The notes under the pieces: model-generated
Told to the model about the DNA's origin: nothing
Databases searched by the model: none
What the model saw: the letters and a program-made list of their open reading frames with translations, nothing else
Made by a program: the position numbers and the translations under genes
Assembly (NCBI GenBank): GCA_964188305.1
Contig: OZ076886.1
Strand: one strand, 5' to 3'
Length of the DNA: 64,000 bases
Source of the DNA: Podarcis bocagei
Taxonomy: Eukaryota
Shown here: positions 50,272-63,019 of the stretch, one piece after another
How positions within the stretch are numbered: the stretch's first letter is position 1
How the letters are laid out: every line of letters starts with the position of its first letter

Positions 50272-51779
50272 TTTGGAAACAAGCTACTTCTTAACTGAAT
50301 GCACCAAATGTGGAGAAGCCTATCTTTTTATTGTCACAGCCATAGGTGTAAACATGATGGCAAAGTATAGAAAAGGCTACACCTCTCTTTACCACAGATG
50401 GGGTGATACATGCAAGCTCTTCCACATCCATAGCCAGAGGGTTTACCATTTATTGATTAGATTGCCACTTACAAAATAGCCTATTAAATGTCTGACAACA
50501 ACCATTTAAAGAGACTGCTCAACAGTTGAAAGCTCTTACAATCTGCCACGCTTTAAATGTTGAGGCAGAATACTGCAGTTAGAATCCCAATGCTAAAACT
50601 GGAAATCTGGAGAGTTCAAAATGTCCCCCAGATCCCAAATCTGCTTTATTCCAAGCCCAGCCAATGGACTCCCCCCGCCCAACTGTTCACTGCTGGCCTG
50701 GCAATATGGCTCCCATAAAGGTATTTCAAAACCAAGCTCCCCTTCCCTTGACTCTCAATTAAACTGGGCCTATGCTACCCTCTTATCCCTGCAGCAACCT
50801 GATGTCCTGCTTCTTTTCCTGGGATGAACTGTGGGAGGCTTCTTTTCAGGGTGAGCAGTGCTCTTAGCTGTTGCTAGGAAACAGCTCCTCACTCCGCACA
50901 ACACGCAGCTGATGGCAGCAGCTTTTTTGGATACTCCCTCCTTTCTCTCGATTCTAGCCATCACCTGTGCAGTTAAGAATCTAGCAGCAAACCTGATTTT
51001 TTAACTGGGTTGTGGTGGAGTTGCAGTCGCAAGTGTTGTGTGCCAAAGTCCAGAGCATTATGTGACTGTGCTACCCTACAGTATGGCACATCTGCAGGCT
51101 CCCAAAGTCTTGGGGCTTGTGCACACTTCGAGGAAGCTGGGGTCCATCCAAGCAGTTTTCTGTTTGCATTGCCACTTTCCCCATTAAAATCCGCTCTTTG
51201 GTGCTGAATTGGAGCAAATGACATTCCACAGAAAACCTGATTGACATTTGCTCCGACTGAGTGGTAAAAATTGAGTTTCCCTGTGGGAAAATGGTGGGAC
51301 ACGTAGAAGTCTAGATAAGCCTTTAGTGTGATCTTCCCTCAGTGTCAGTGTTTCTCAAACAGTAGGCCAGGGCCAAGTGGAGATCTGCCCACTTCCAGGT
51401 AGGCCTCAGTGCCTCCCTCACTTGCCCATACCACCCCTTCACTGTGGTGAAATATTTTGGCTGGAGACCTGGAGCAATATCAGCACCAGCAGTTCCCCAC
51501 ATATTGTGTAGAGGTGAGGAAGGGAGGGCCCCTCTTTTAAGGGGTGAAGGCCAGAGATGTTGTTGAACGAAATTAGAGAGATAAAAGGTTAATCTTTGTT
51601 TAAGAATAATATGAAATGGGGGAGTAGAAAGAAAGGGGACATAAGAAACTGTTATGAGGGAAGAAGTGACTGTAAAAGGACAGGGAATGAAAGAGAGGCA
51701 GCTTGGGTGGCAGATAGAGTACAAGTGTGACAGGGAAGAAATTGCAGGAGGTGAATAAAAATATTTTGAGAGGCATGGG

Positions 51780-52345
51780 GGTGGGGAGAGCATCCTATTC
51801 CCACCGTGGCCACCCAGATACCTGTGGGAAACTTGCAAGCGAGACCTGAACACAAGAGCGCTCTCCCTTCCAGTGACTTTCAGCAACTGGTATTTAGTTG
51901 CATTACTGCCTCTGACTGAGGAGCAGCCCTTGATAGCCTTCTCCTCCATGAATATGTCCAGTTGTCTTTTTAAGCCATCCAAGTTGGTGGCCTATGAAGT
52001 TATTTTATCTGTCCTGAATTGTCAAACATCCAGCTTTACTGCATGTGCATGAGTTTTAGTGTCGTGAGAGAGGGAGAAAAAGTTTTCTCTATCCACTTTC
52101 TCTACGCTATGCATAATTTTATAAACGTCTGTCATGTCGCCTCTCTTACTCACTTTTTCGCTCAACGAAAAAGTCCCAAATGCTGCAACCTTTGTTATGC
52201 CCCCCTTTCATTCCCTTGATCATTTGGGCTGCCCTTTTTTCAATTGTTTCCAGTTCTACAATATCCTTTTTACCAGAACTGTACACATTATTCCAAATAT
52301 GGTCACACCATAGATTTGTATAACGGTATTATGATACTGGCAATT
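51780..52345 (-). mobile_element. CR1 LINE 3' fragment
   Basis: The reverse complement contains ggccaccaacttggatggcttaaaaagacaactggacatattcatggaggagaaggctatcaa, a typical reptile CR1 3' end. Confidence 0.7.
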
Positions 52346-53102
52346 TTATTTTCGATTCCGATATGATGCAGGGTCTAACATAACTAAAGTATGCTAGTAA
52401 AACCAGGGAAATATGCTAGAAGGCTCCGGTGTTCAGTAGATTTTTGCTGAGGAATGGGCATCCGCAAGTGGCCTGTTCCAGTAGGAATACAATGTTCCAT
52501 GCACAACGCTGAGTAAGTCCCAGTTCCTACCCACACACAGGAAGTGCCATTCTGGGTCACATTCCACAGGGGGCAACAGCCACAGCACAACAGAGCTGAC
52601 TCACGACATGTAACTGTTTGCTCTCTCGGAGTCTATCCCATGATGCAAGTGAAGATTCCCGGACAACTCAGTGATGGCAAGGAGTGTTCATTCTTCTGTA
52701 GCAAAGGGAGCAGTCAAGTAGGTACATCAGGACCCTTAGCAACTGAGAACACTTGACATCTATTTCTTGCATCACACAGCTCCCCATGCCCAACATGGCT
52801 GCTGACTTTGCCTGGTATGTTGCATGTAACCCCTTGGTAAGCTGCTTGCCAATGCTGTCTTGCTAGGTGGCAAGGGATTATTTTTTTTGTCACACCCATG
52901 TTGTCCAGACACCTTGGGCAGCAGGGAGGCGGTAACATTCTCAGCACCAGAAAGCAGGACATTAGAGAGATTTCAGATTGGTGCCCAAGGTGCCCTGGGG
53001 TGAGCTCTCTCAGACTGGGACAATGTGGCCACCTGGGTGATGTGGCAGCATGCTTGCCTAGGCACATCCTGTGGGTCTGTCAAGTGGTCATGCCACTTTG
53101 AG

Positions 53103-53262
53103 GATGCAGCTCAGTGGAAGAGCATCTGCTGTGCATGCAGAAAGCCCCAGGTTCAATTCCTCGCATCCTGAGGGACTGTCCCTCATCTAAAAGCCTGGAG
53201 AGCCACTGCCAGTCAACACTGAGCACCAATGGCCTGACTCAAGTTTCAAGCCAGCTTCCTAT
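53103..53262 (+). mobile_element. tRNA-derived SINE
   Basis: gcagctcagtggaagagcatctgctgtgcatgcagaaagccccaggttcaattcc (A/B-box tRNA head). Related copies at ~16235-16410 and 63110-63290 (-). Confidence 0.65.
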
Positions 53263-54559
53263 GTGTGTCCACTGTCTCCCTTCCTCGCCATTTCCTTTAG
53301 GGTGAGCCATACCCAAGTCCCAATACCCTTGCTTTGCCCCTACCCTGTGGTGAGGTGACAAGGTTATCTGTCCACTTACATTTCCCTGACAGGACTCCTC
53401 ACAGCTCCCCTTCCCCAGGCTTCGCCAGGCAGGCACGACACTTTTCATTAACTACTACTGAGTGGCAGCTTCGTGTGTTTCTCCCGGCTCTGTCACCATG
53501 ACAGCAGCAGAGAGGCCTGCAGGCTGCATTATTGCTGCCATGGTGTGTGCGCGCCCCCCGCACCCCACCCTGCTTGCTTCTCTGCAGTCAGGAATGACAA
53601 CTGTCAGCTCTGCAGAGAGCACATGGCTGAGTGGAGGAGGCATTGCTGACCAGCCCCAGGCTCTTACACAGGGCTGCTTGCAAATCCTCCAGTAACAATG
53701 ACCCAGGCAGCCCTTCCAGGCACTATTGCCAGCCCTCTCTGGTCCATGGGGTGAAACACAGCTGGCATCATAAATGAGGAACAGAGCACCCAGGGAGTGT
53801 GGTGCAGTGACCCTTCCAAACAGCTAATTGGGTCTTTACAAATGAAACATTAAGAAACCTCTGCGCTTGATGGTGTGCAAGTGGTTAAAGGCCAGGCTCT
53901 GCCATGCTGGCAGGTTGGGTGTTTGTAAGGGGTGATGAGAGACTTTACAACCCCTAGTTAGTAAATATCCCTCACACCTCCCAGACGATCTGCAGGGAGG
54001 TTAGTCAATGGGCAGAAATGGTGGCTGAAAACCACAAAGCAAGGGTTATTGAAATTCCTGACTTGTTCTTTATAGCAATAAGTCACACCAGCTTTGGGGG
54101 GAGCGGATCTGTTGCACAAGACCTCCATGTATGACCTGGGATTTGTGCCAGTGCAGTGTGTGATTATCCCACCGCAAAAACCCGGCAGCAGTCGGGAATC
54201 ACCCTCTCTTGAACAAGGTGTCGGATTGCTGGCCAAGCCATGCCACATCCCACTGGAGGCCTCCCTTTGCTACACCCACCCCTCCTTTCATACCCACCCT
54301 TCACATTTGGGTTAAGAAGGGGAGGGGGCCAGGTAGGGGAAGGGCAAATTTGGGCATGGGCTTTCCATTGTTAACCCTTATCTTGCACCATTTTAAGGAG
54401 AGCCTTTCGACACATGCTTCACTTAACTGGGTCCCCTGGTGGACACCTGCACTGGGCATTCCAGAAGAGGAAGGAAAGGCCATGCCACATTAAGAAGGAA
54501 TCCGTCTATCTACAGGGGGCTTCCAGAACCCAGATCTGAGAATAGCAGGGGATCTGCAG

Positions 54560-56300
54560 CATGTGTGTCTTCCCAGCGCGGCACGGCCGGTTTTAGGTAA
54601 CCCGGGGGTCTCCCCCAACCCAAGCCTTTTCTGCTTTCTTGAGGCTTTGCTGTGTTGCTGCTCACCAAGACAAGAGCCTAGGAATAGATTTCCTCTTGCG
54701 TCTGTGTGCGTTAGGGTGGCGGAGGTGGGGGGAAGGAGGCTATGAATCAAGGCCTCGGTTCCAGGGACTATTCTTGGCTCGGGAAGCGAGGAGGGAGAGA
54801 TCACGGATTTCTCTCCGGGGGGGGGGGCTGGGAGGGCCTCGGAGGTGCTTTTGCCGGACTTTCCCTGCTGCCTGGCGTTCTCCCCACCTCTGCGCCCCCC
54901 GCTTTGGCCCTGACGTGCCGAGGCTACAGTCGTGACGTCGGGAGGAGAGGGAGAAGCCCGCCCGGATCGGAAAGGACAGCGAGGGAGCCAAGCGAATCCC
55001 GGCAGGAAATTCCAACGAGGAGCAAAAAAAGAAAAAAGCAAGCAAGCCAAGGAGCCCCCAAGATCAGCGAGCCCCAGGCGCTGCCGCCACTGCTCTTTGA
55101 CGCCCCCCGGCGACCCCCACCGCACCCCACTCCGGACGGCCTTGGAGTCCCGGGGTTTCTCCTAGGAAAGACCCGCGCGCCGTCCCCACGAGGCTGCAAG
55201 CCCCCCGAAGTGGGCAGGAAGAGGCTGGCGAGGGCCGCCGCCGGCGGAGGGAGGAGCCAGAGGGCGGGGCCGGCAGAGCAAGCGAGGCAGGAGCTGGAGA
55301 GAGAAGAAAGAAGAAAGGAAGAGACGCGCGAGCGCTTGCGGCGGCGGAGGAGACAAAGGGAGAGCCCGGCACCGCCCGCGTGGAGCTGCCGCGTCGGGCA
55401 ATGGGCAAGGCGAGAGGCAGCCCACACGCCTGACGCCGCGCTCTCCTGGCCGCGCCTGCCCCAGCCCCGCTCCACGCCTCACCGAAGCCGAAGGGATGGC
55501 TCTGACGGCTTCCCGAGATGGGGCTCCTGCGGGCGATCCCTGATCTCGGCGCTGGAAGTGACGGTGAGAACGAAAAAGGCGAGAGACCCTGTGGGAGTCA
55601 CCGGGGGCCCATCGAGGCGAGGCACCAGCACCAGCCACCTGCCAAGCGAGGCTCCTCTGCGCTTAGCTGCCTGTTTCCTGCTCTCTTCTCCCCCACCCTT
55701 CAGCTGCCCACAACTGGTGGAAGGGGCCCGGCCGGCCGCCCCTCTCCCCACGTGCAGCTGCCCCTTAAGGTGCCAGCAGACAGGACTGATGGTCTGCTCG
55801 CCCCCAAGCGAGCGGGGCGACCCCAGGGAAGACCCTCCGGGGTTGCAGCTTCGGCGCCTCCTGTTGCTTGGGCACCTGGGGACTTGGCATAGCTGGGGAA
55901 CGTGGCGGCGTCACCCGGCGCTGCCAATGGACTTGCTAGGAGGCGGTTGGCAGGTTGGGGAAGGAACGCGGGGGGGGGGCAGGAGAGAAGTCCTGCGCGC
56001 TCTCGCCTGCCTTGGTTGAGCGCGCACCCATCTCTGCGTTGTGGGGTGTGCGTGTGTGCGTTTGGTGTGTGTGCGCGCGCAAAAGCCGCCTCTTCGCAAT
56101 GCCAGCTTGGTAGGCGCATTCAGCTCAGGATCGGTGCCTCTCATGTTGGCTGGAGCCGCTGTGTTTGCGGGGTAGGGTGGATGATAATGGGCACTGCCAC
56201 GGTAGAGACGCTATTCCGAGAGGTGGGAAGCATCTTAAGCTAGCTGTAAGCACCGGAGATCATCATGCACCAAGACGGGGGAGAGTCGGAGGGCCTTGCA
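54560..56300 (+). promoter_or_regulatory. PRR7: PRR7 CpG-island promoter and probable non-coding exon 1
   Basis: Dense CpG ~7 kb upstream of the PRR7 ATG; GC box at 55262; candidate donor ACG|gtgaga at 55563/55564. Confidence 0.7.
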
Positions 56301-57098
56301 TAGGCCCACTGGGTTTCCCCCAAATGCAAGCAGCGTCAGAAGGTTGCTTTAGTGTTTTGAGTGGACAGGGTTAATCGGCCTTCTAGAAAAACAAAACAGA
56401 TAAATGGCCCCCCTCCCCATCCTTCAAGAGAAGGAGGCACCATAGCTCAGTTGAGAGATCAGGCCATGGTCCTTGTTCCCCAGTTATTCTTGCTCTGATA
56501 CTAATTTCTGTGCCCCACCAAAACACTTGGCCAAGGAACTTTAGCTACTGTCAGTCTGCGAACGCAACACTGAGCCAGATCAGTGGTCTGATTTTAGTAC
56601 AAGGCAGCTTCTTTGGGTGACAGGCAGTGGCTAAAAAGATGTCAGTGTATTAAACCTGACCTCCAGGGTTTAATTTATGCCTGGGCTCAGCCCTGGAATT
56701 TGCTTTCTAGGCTGCATCTTGATCCTGGACCATAAGATGGAAAAGCAGGACACCAGTAACCTTTGCAGGCTGCCTCACGTGGTCACAATCAGGAGTCAGG
56801 TCTTTTAGGGCAACCTGTAAAGCTTATCAGGCAAGAGACAGCAGAAGTTAAGTGCCCCTGGAAGCCATAGTGGTTCCTGGATGCCCACTTTAGGAGTGGA
56901 TGGCTGTGGATTTCCAGAGGGTCAGATGGACATGCTCAGTGGTGTGTTTGACTTCATATGTATCAGCTTTAATTTAAATTAAGCCTGGGAGCTTCTGTAG
57001 TGGTGGCTAGGTAGGAAAATGTAAGAAGTGCTTGCCTAGAATCTGAGGTGCCCTCTGTGCTATCAGAGAAAATAGTTGAGGGCTTGTTCAGTGTGGGG

Positions 57099-57122
57099 AC
57101 ACACACACACACACACACACAC
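57099..57122. repeat. (AC)n microsatellite
   Basis: About 12 AC units; another (CA)n at ~29527-29546. Confidence 0.9.
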
Positions 57123-60100
57123 TGCTGCCCAGGAATGTATGTAACCTACTTGTGCACAAGGGCTGTTGGTGTCATCTGCATGGATGAGCAAAGCTGGTGT
57201 TCAAGAAGAAGCCACAGCCTGTAACAGTACAGGTAGGGACATATTACCTGTAAAGGCACCCTATCTTCAGAAGTTTGAAAATGAACGGGGAAGTGCAGGC
57301 CTCATGCACACAAAAGGTGGATCTGACGTTGGAGAGGCAAGGAAGCCCAGTGCTCCAGAATCACCAGAGGTTCCAGCTGCAGGCCAGAGCAGTTCCTGTT
57401 CCAGATGGATTGGCTGCCTGTGCTTTTAAGGTGGACTAGTCCTTTTGATGCAGTGCTCCACCCTCCCTCCCTCCCTCCCAACCCCCACCCCTCCAGCAGC
57501 CATAGCCAACACTGCACACCAGTCATCTCAGTGTCCCGTAGATGCCAGCCTTGCACGAGGCCAGATTCATGCTGTGGAGGAGTCCTTGCCAAGGTGCTGC
57601 TAAGTCTTTACTTTGACATTTATTGTCGTGATTTGACGCTGGGATCTGCATTGCCCAGCACAGGCGTAGCTGTTCTCTTCTATTTGAGGAGGAGGGGAGG
57701 CACTGGAGTCTCGGGGAGCCGTTCACAGGCCCTGTTGCAATTCCCTCCCGCATCACCAGTTGCAATGCTTTCTATGCAGAAACCCTCAATAGCATACTGT
57801 ATCCATAGCCATCCTCATCTTATTAGGGACTTCTAAAAACACACCCAGAAAGGATATTTATAGGTAAAGATGAGCTACATTTGGAAGAACCATCCTGGCC
57901 TTTTCTGCTGGAATGGACAATTTTTATTAAGTATCTTAAACAGGATGTTAAGGCTGCTGGTGGAGGCATTGCCTTGAGAAGACCTTGGTACTGAGGACCG
58001 TGGGATCAGTAAGACAGGGTCATATAGTAGGTTCACTTGGAACACAAGTAGATCCCTGCTGGATCAGACCAGAGGCCTATCTACTCCAGCTTCCTGTTCT
58101 CACAGTAGCCACCCAGTTGCTTTTGGGAAGGTCACAAGCCGGACATCAGGGCAATGCCCCTCTCCCGCTGTTACCTCCCAGCAGAGGCATATATTGGTCA
58201 CTGGTTTATGGCCACCTGTAACTGGAGCTTTTTGTCCTGCAGGTGTGTGAATATTGCACTGGTCTCTGCTGGAATTATACTGTTCTCATGTACAGCAGAA
58301 TATTCAGGGAGATCTAGGCAGCTCTGTGACCTCTTCCTTCTGGCCAGCAGCCAGCAATCTCACCAAGTACCAAGGTTGTCCCAGGTGGAGGTCTGGCACT
58401 GTGACCTTGTCTTTGTTACAGAGTTCTCTGTGCTCTGCATTTAGAAAGTGTCTGCAATTCTATACTTTTTTGGAAGCAGGTTGTGTGTGTGTGTGTTTGC
58501 ACTCAGTTAATTCTAGGTAAGCTGGATCTTTGTACAATTATGCAAATCAAAGCATATTATGCAAATCAAAGGTGAGCCAAAATTGGATAAGATGAGGTAG
58601 GCTCTCTCAGATGGCATATTTTGAGGTACCATCAAGGGGAACCAAATTGTCAGTGGTTTTCTTATTACCATTTTTCTTTTTTTAGATCTCCTGGGAGATT
58701 TTTTGGGTCATTTTGCATTATACTTTCTTCTAACCAATGGGAAGGTGCAGAGAGCTATGCACAACCCTGTAAATCTTCTCCCTGGCAACTGAATATCCTG
58801 TTCATCTCCCACTGTGGCTTTTGAAATTTCATGGATCCCCCCCCCCGGTCTATTCATTACATTTATTTCTCTGCTTTCCTCCGCGTTACTCAGAGCCACA
58901 TACCTTGGCCCTCTGCTATTTTTTCTTCACAACAACCCAGTGGGCTAGGCTACGCTATAGGATAGTAGCTGAACCAAGCGAGTTTCATGACTGAGTGTGG
59001 ATTTGAACCCTGGTTTCTCTGGTCCTGTCCCAGTACTCTAACCACTTAACCAGTCTGTCATGACACATTGCTTAATCTTACAAGCCTGCCTTCATGGCAA
59101 TAAAGGTTAGAAACATACTTTAAACATAAATATTTCCCGGAAAGCTGAATTCAGTGCCTATTAACAAATTTCACCCTTGTACAACATGATCATTTGCAGC
59201 CTTTTTTGTGGGCATTTAGTTAATGTCAGCTTGCTGTTGACCTAATCACGCTGAAATTTTGTAGTTCCTTAGAAAATCCTGTTTTTAATTAGCAGATTTT
59301 GGGGAAGAGTAAACTGGAAGCGGGGGGGGGGGGGAGAGCTTGATCTCCACTGTTGCTGCCATATTGGCAACTGCAAAGTTGTTCTTCCTGGGCTTGTTTT
59401 AGCTCAGTCACACTTCCTTGATGGAGCCACCAACTGGGACACGTGCATTCAAAGACGGGACAAAGGACATTCCCATTCAACCCATGTTTCACGGGCTGCT
59501 TCATTTCCTGTGTGGATTCAGCCACCCACCTGCTTACCCAGTTACACTTCCTTTTTTCTTCTAACTTGTGGCCACCACTTCTGAATGTAAACTTGACAGT
59601 CTTAATGTAATTTGTGTTTTTAATAATGGGCCTGCACATAGATAAGTAGAAAGGCTTATCTATGTGCCTTGTCAAAGATTCAGAAGGCCTATAGCTCAAG
59701 GTAATATATAGTTCAGTTGGCTGAGTCCCAGATGGAATATTTTGGGGCTACTGCCTTAGAATATGGATAATAACAAAGGAAATGATCCAGACAAGCATCA
59801 CACAAGTGGCAAAAGGGTCCATTCAAACCCAAAACTTTAGTATAGGGCCATTATGAGGAAGATGTTAAGCAGTGGTCAACTGTATTGAGGCTAGAAGACT
59901 GACATTTCAGGCATTTTCTGTGATTGGCTGGCCTGTGGTGTCTCTTCTGACTAAACAGTTTAATGCTTACTGGTATTGATTTGCACCTGCCTTATGATGT
60001 ATGGCAGGCAGGTGGAAGGTAAACAGCAGCCGACTCAGAGCAGGGTCCCTGTTTCTGACAGAGCACTCAGTGCTTGTTGACTGATGGGCTTCTTACAAAG

Positions 60101-61451
60101 AACACTTGGCCTTGATCTGACCTGATGTGAAGCAAGAGAACAGATCCAGGAACACAGCTTAGTTGCCAGCTGTTAACCTTAACTGTTAATGGCTGCCGAT
60201 CATGCACTCTGGCTCTGTACATTTAAAACACACCAACAGGGTTGGCAGCTGACAGGGGCTCTCGGTAAGGTGAAGGAGATCCACACGAGGCTGAAGCTCA
60301 GCCCACTTCTTAAGTTTTAGCAGCTGGTTTGGGCTCTGATAAGAAGGCTGGCTTAGTGTAAGCAATAATAAAAGCTTGCAGGCTTATCTCTTAACGCCTT
60401 GATATGGTGGGGAATACCCTCTCAGCTGTGTTTGAGGTGACAGTGAGATACTTTTAAAGGAGAAATGGAGTTGTTCCTCAGTACAGAGTTACTCAGAAAG
60501 GTCTAATCCCAAATAGGTCCTGTTAACATTTGGGGAAGCTCTGATGACACTTTGAAAGGCCATTCTATGAACGGTGCTTACAGAGATTCCCAAGTTAAAT
60601 AGGGTGCACACTAGCCAAAAGTGGTCAACAACAGGCCTCTCTACCTGGCCCTTGGTTGCACCCTCCCTGCCTAGGCCACGCCCCCTGCTGCCCTCTTCTG
60701 CAGCCTCCTCCTCTGTTTGCCTGGGTGGAATGTGGAATACCTCTTGCTGCATCTAGAATGCAGCCTAAGTGTACAGAGGCAAGATTCAGATCACCTCATC
60801 CCCACAGCTTGTGATCTGCTGCAGTATACATGCAGGAGGAATTCTCCCTCTGGAGTGATTGTGATTTCCTGAAATGAGGTACTGGGATCAGTCCATTTAT
60901 GAAATATCCTGGGAATAACATACCGGTACTTACTTGCCTTGGATTATGGTGGCCTAGCTACTGGCACACATCAGAACTAATAAGCAATGAATTAAGCAGG
61001 CAGGAGGAGGGTGGAGATGTAGCTGATGGTGGGGCCTTTACCTGATGCAAGTGTCAAAGTTCAGTTTTAGCTTAGGGCGACCTGCTTTGCGCTTAGTGGT
61101 CCTTAAGCTGCATTGCAAACAGCTTTGCTATGAATGGGAGGTTGTTGCTTGGCATCCATTACCTGGGGGTAGGGGGTAAGCGAAGGCAGAGAAGGAGGAA
61201 TCAGCACACATCTTGGCAGTGGCGTGTGATGCACCATGTGGAGAGCAGTCCCTTGAGGGGTGAAGCTGTGACATGTGTGGGCAGGAGGCTTCTGTGATGG
61301 TTTGTGGATGAGCAGAGGAGTGCCGTTGGGCTAGCAGTGCCATCAGGAGGAGAAGTGAGGTACTGCTCTGGTACCGGTGCTTTGCTGTCTTCTCTTGGCC
61401 TCTCCCTTTTGTGCCCTGCTGTTTCGTGAGTCCTCTCTTTCACTGCCACAG

Positions 61452-61642
61452 CAGCAGCAGCAGCAGGTCTGGAATTTGGGTTCGCTCCATCCCTGGAAGC
61501 TTATCGCCTCAGTCGGAAATGGCCAGGGCGATGGGGGTCCACAGCTTTGGTTGCAACCTGTGCAAGGAGCATGCCTGAATGCCGTAAGCCCAGCCTGATC
61601 TATGAGTGTTCAGTGCATGAATGAGAGTGGGCACATGTGATG
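61452..61642 (+). other. PRR7: putative PRR7 5' UTR exon
   Basis: Long pyrimidine tract (61380-61447) followed by (CAG)6 acceptors; consensus donor ATG|gtgagt at 61642/61643. Confidence 0.55.
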
Positions 61643-62688
61643 GTGAGTGTGTGGGCAGTACTGTGGCTGCATGAAAGGGGGCACATGCCCACTTGGTAGT
61701 CACAGGCTTAGATTGCTGGACAGGGGTAGGAGGCTGTACAATACACCCAATTTAACCAAAAGGTTTCCTCCCCTCTACTTTGCAGTTGCAACTGGTGGGA
61801 AGCCAAGTCAAGCCGTAGGCTTTTGTGTTCAAGGGGAGGGCAGTGTTTGCAGTCAGGGTCTAAGCTCTACACCCCTTCATTGGACCACCAGTGGCTTGTG
61901 CTCGTTAGCTGGGGAGGGGCTTAGAGCAGGTAGGGTGGGTTCTGCAAAATAGCACTTGTCTGTCCCCTCCTACAATCAATGGCATTCTCTGTCTGTTTGC
62001 AGGGAGCGAGCTCCTGTTGGAAGTGCTGTTGGCCCTGCAAAGCCCCGAGCCAGCAATGGGAAGAAGTTGGGCTGGGTGCTGGTGTTACTGGTCGTGTTAC
62101 CCCAAGTATCCAAGAACTCAGGAGTTTGAAGAAGAGAGCACAGGCCGTGCCCATGAGCCTTCCCAGCACTCTCCTTTCCTTCCTTGGGCTCCTTTAGGAG
62201 CCAGAACTCCACCCTCTCCGTGAAAGGCCCAAGCCTGCACCCCAGTCTCCGGCCAACCTCTTCTATGGCTGCAGTTGTGGAGCACCTCTGGGAGGCCGCG
62301 TAACTCACAAGGGGCTGAGCTGCTGCAGACCCTGCTTCCACTGCCTTGACCGAAGCAGGGCCCTGTTGGTGGTGGCCCCTGGATTGTACTGCGGCTGAAA
62401 GAGAGCACCCTGCACAATCTTTGGGGAAAAGGCAAAACTGGACGTACAAGGAGAGCAGAGGGGAAGCTTGTGATCCCATCAACATGACTAGGCAGCAAGG
62501 GAGGAAGCAGAGCAGGCAAAGGCACCCGCAGAACTCAGCCTAGTCCCTGCTTCTTTGCAGAAGACCCAAAAGTGGGGGAAAGAGAGAAAGAGTCTCCTGC
62601 CCACCCCCACCCCCAAAGCTGGAACTGAATAAACTCCTTGGCTTCAAAGCTCCTAGGGCGAAACCTCTGCCAGTCCTCCGGAGCGAAG

Positions 62689-63019
62689 ATGGTGATGTCC
62701 CACGGCACCTACACCTTCCTCACCTGCTTTGCCGGCTTCTGGCTGATCTGGGGGCTCATTGTGTTGCTATGTTGCTTCTGCAGCTACCTGCGGCGGCGCA
62801 TGAAGCGGCGGCAGGAGGAGCGGCTGCGAGAGCAGCACCTGCGCACCCTGGAGATGGAGCCCCTCCACTACGAGGGCTATGGGGGCCCTGCCTATGGGGG
62901 CTCCGGCTATGGGGGCGGGTACATCAGGAACCCACCGGGCATCGCGGTACCTCACCGACTCCGGATCGAGCCCCATCGCCCTCACCTCCCACCCCCGAGG
63001 CCGTGGAGCTGCAGGCATG
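62689..63019 (+). CDS. PRR7: PRR7 first coding exon ([49 protein letters not shown]...PPRPWSCRH)
   Basis: Recognisable PRR7 N-terminus: TM helix, CCxC palmitoylation motif, basic juxtamembrane stretch. Good Kozak context aagATGg; donor G|gtaagg. The exon probably starts at acceptor 62003 (alternative 62561). Confidence 0.95.

Noticed and set aside
51323-51982. 219-aa minus-strand ORF
   Set aside because: It starts within a CR1 3' end and continues into purine/pyrimidine-biased non-coding DNA; no protein family signature.
53103-53165. tRNA-like sequence
   Set aside because: Degenerate SINE head with several related copies in the window; not a foldable tRNA gene.
54742-56019. 425-aa ORF and overlapping long ORFs on both strands
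   Set aside because: They lie in the PRR7 CpG island, where stop codons are scarce. The composition is low-complexity R/P/G/A with no recognisable domain.
58243-58516. Exon-like segment in the PRR7 intron (ttttgtcctgcag|...ag|gtaagc)
   Set aside because: Splice signals alone are common in introns; there is no coding or other supporting signal.
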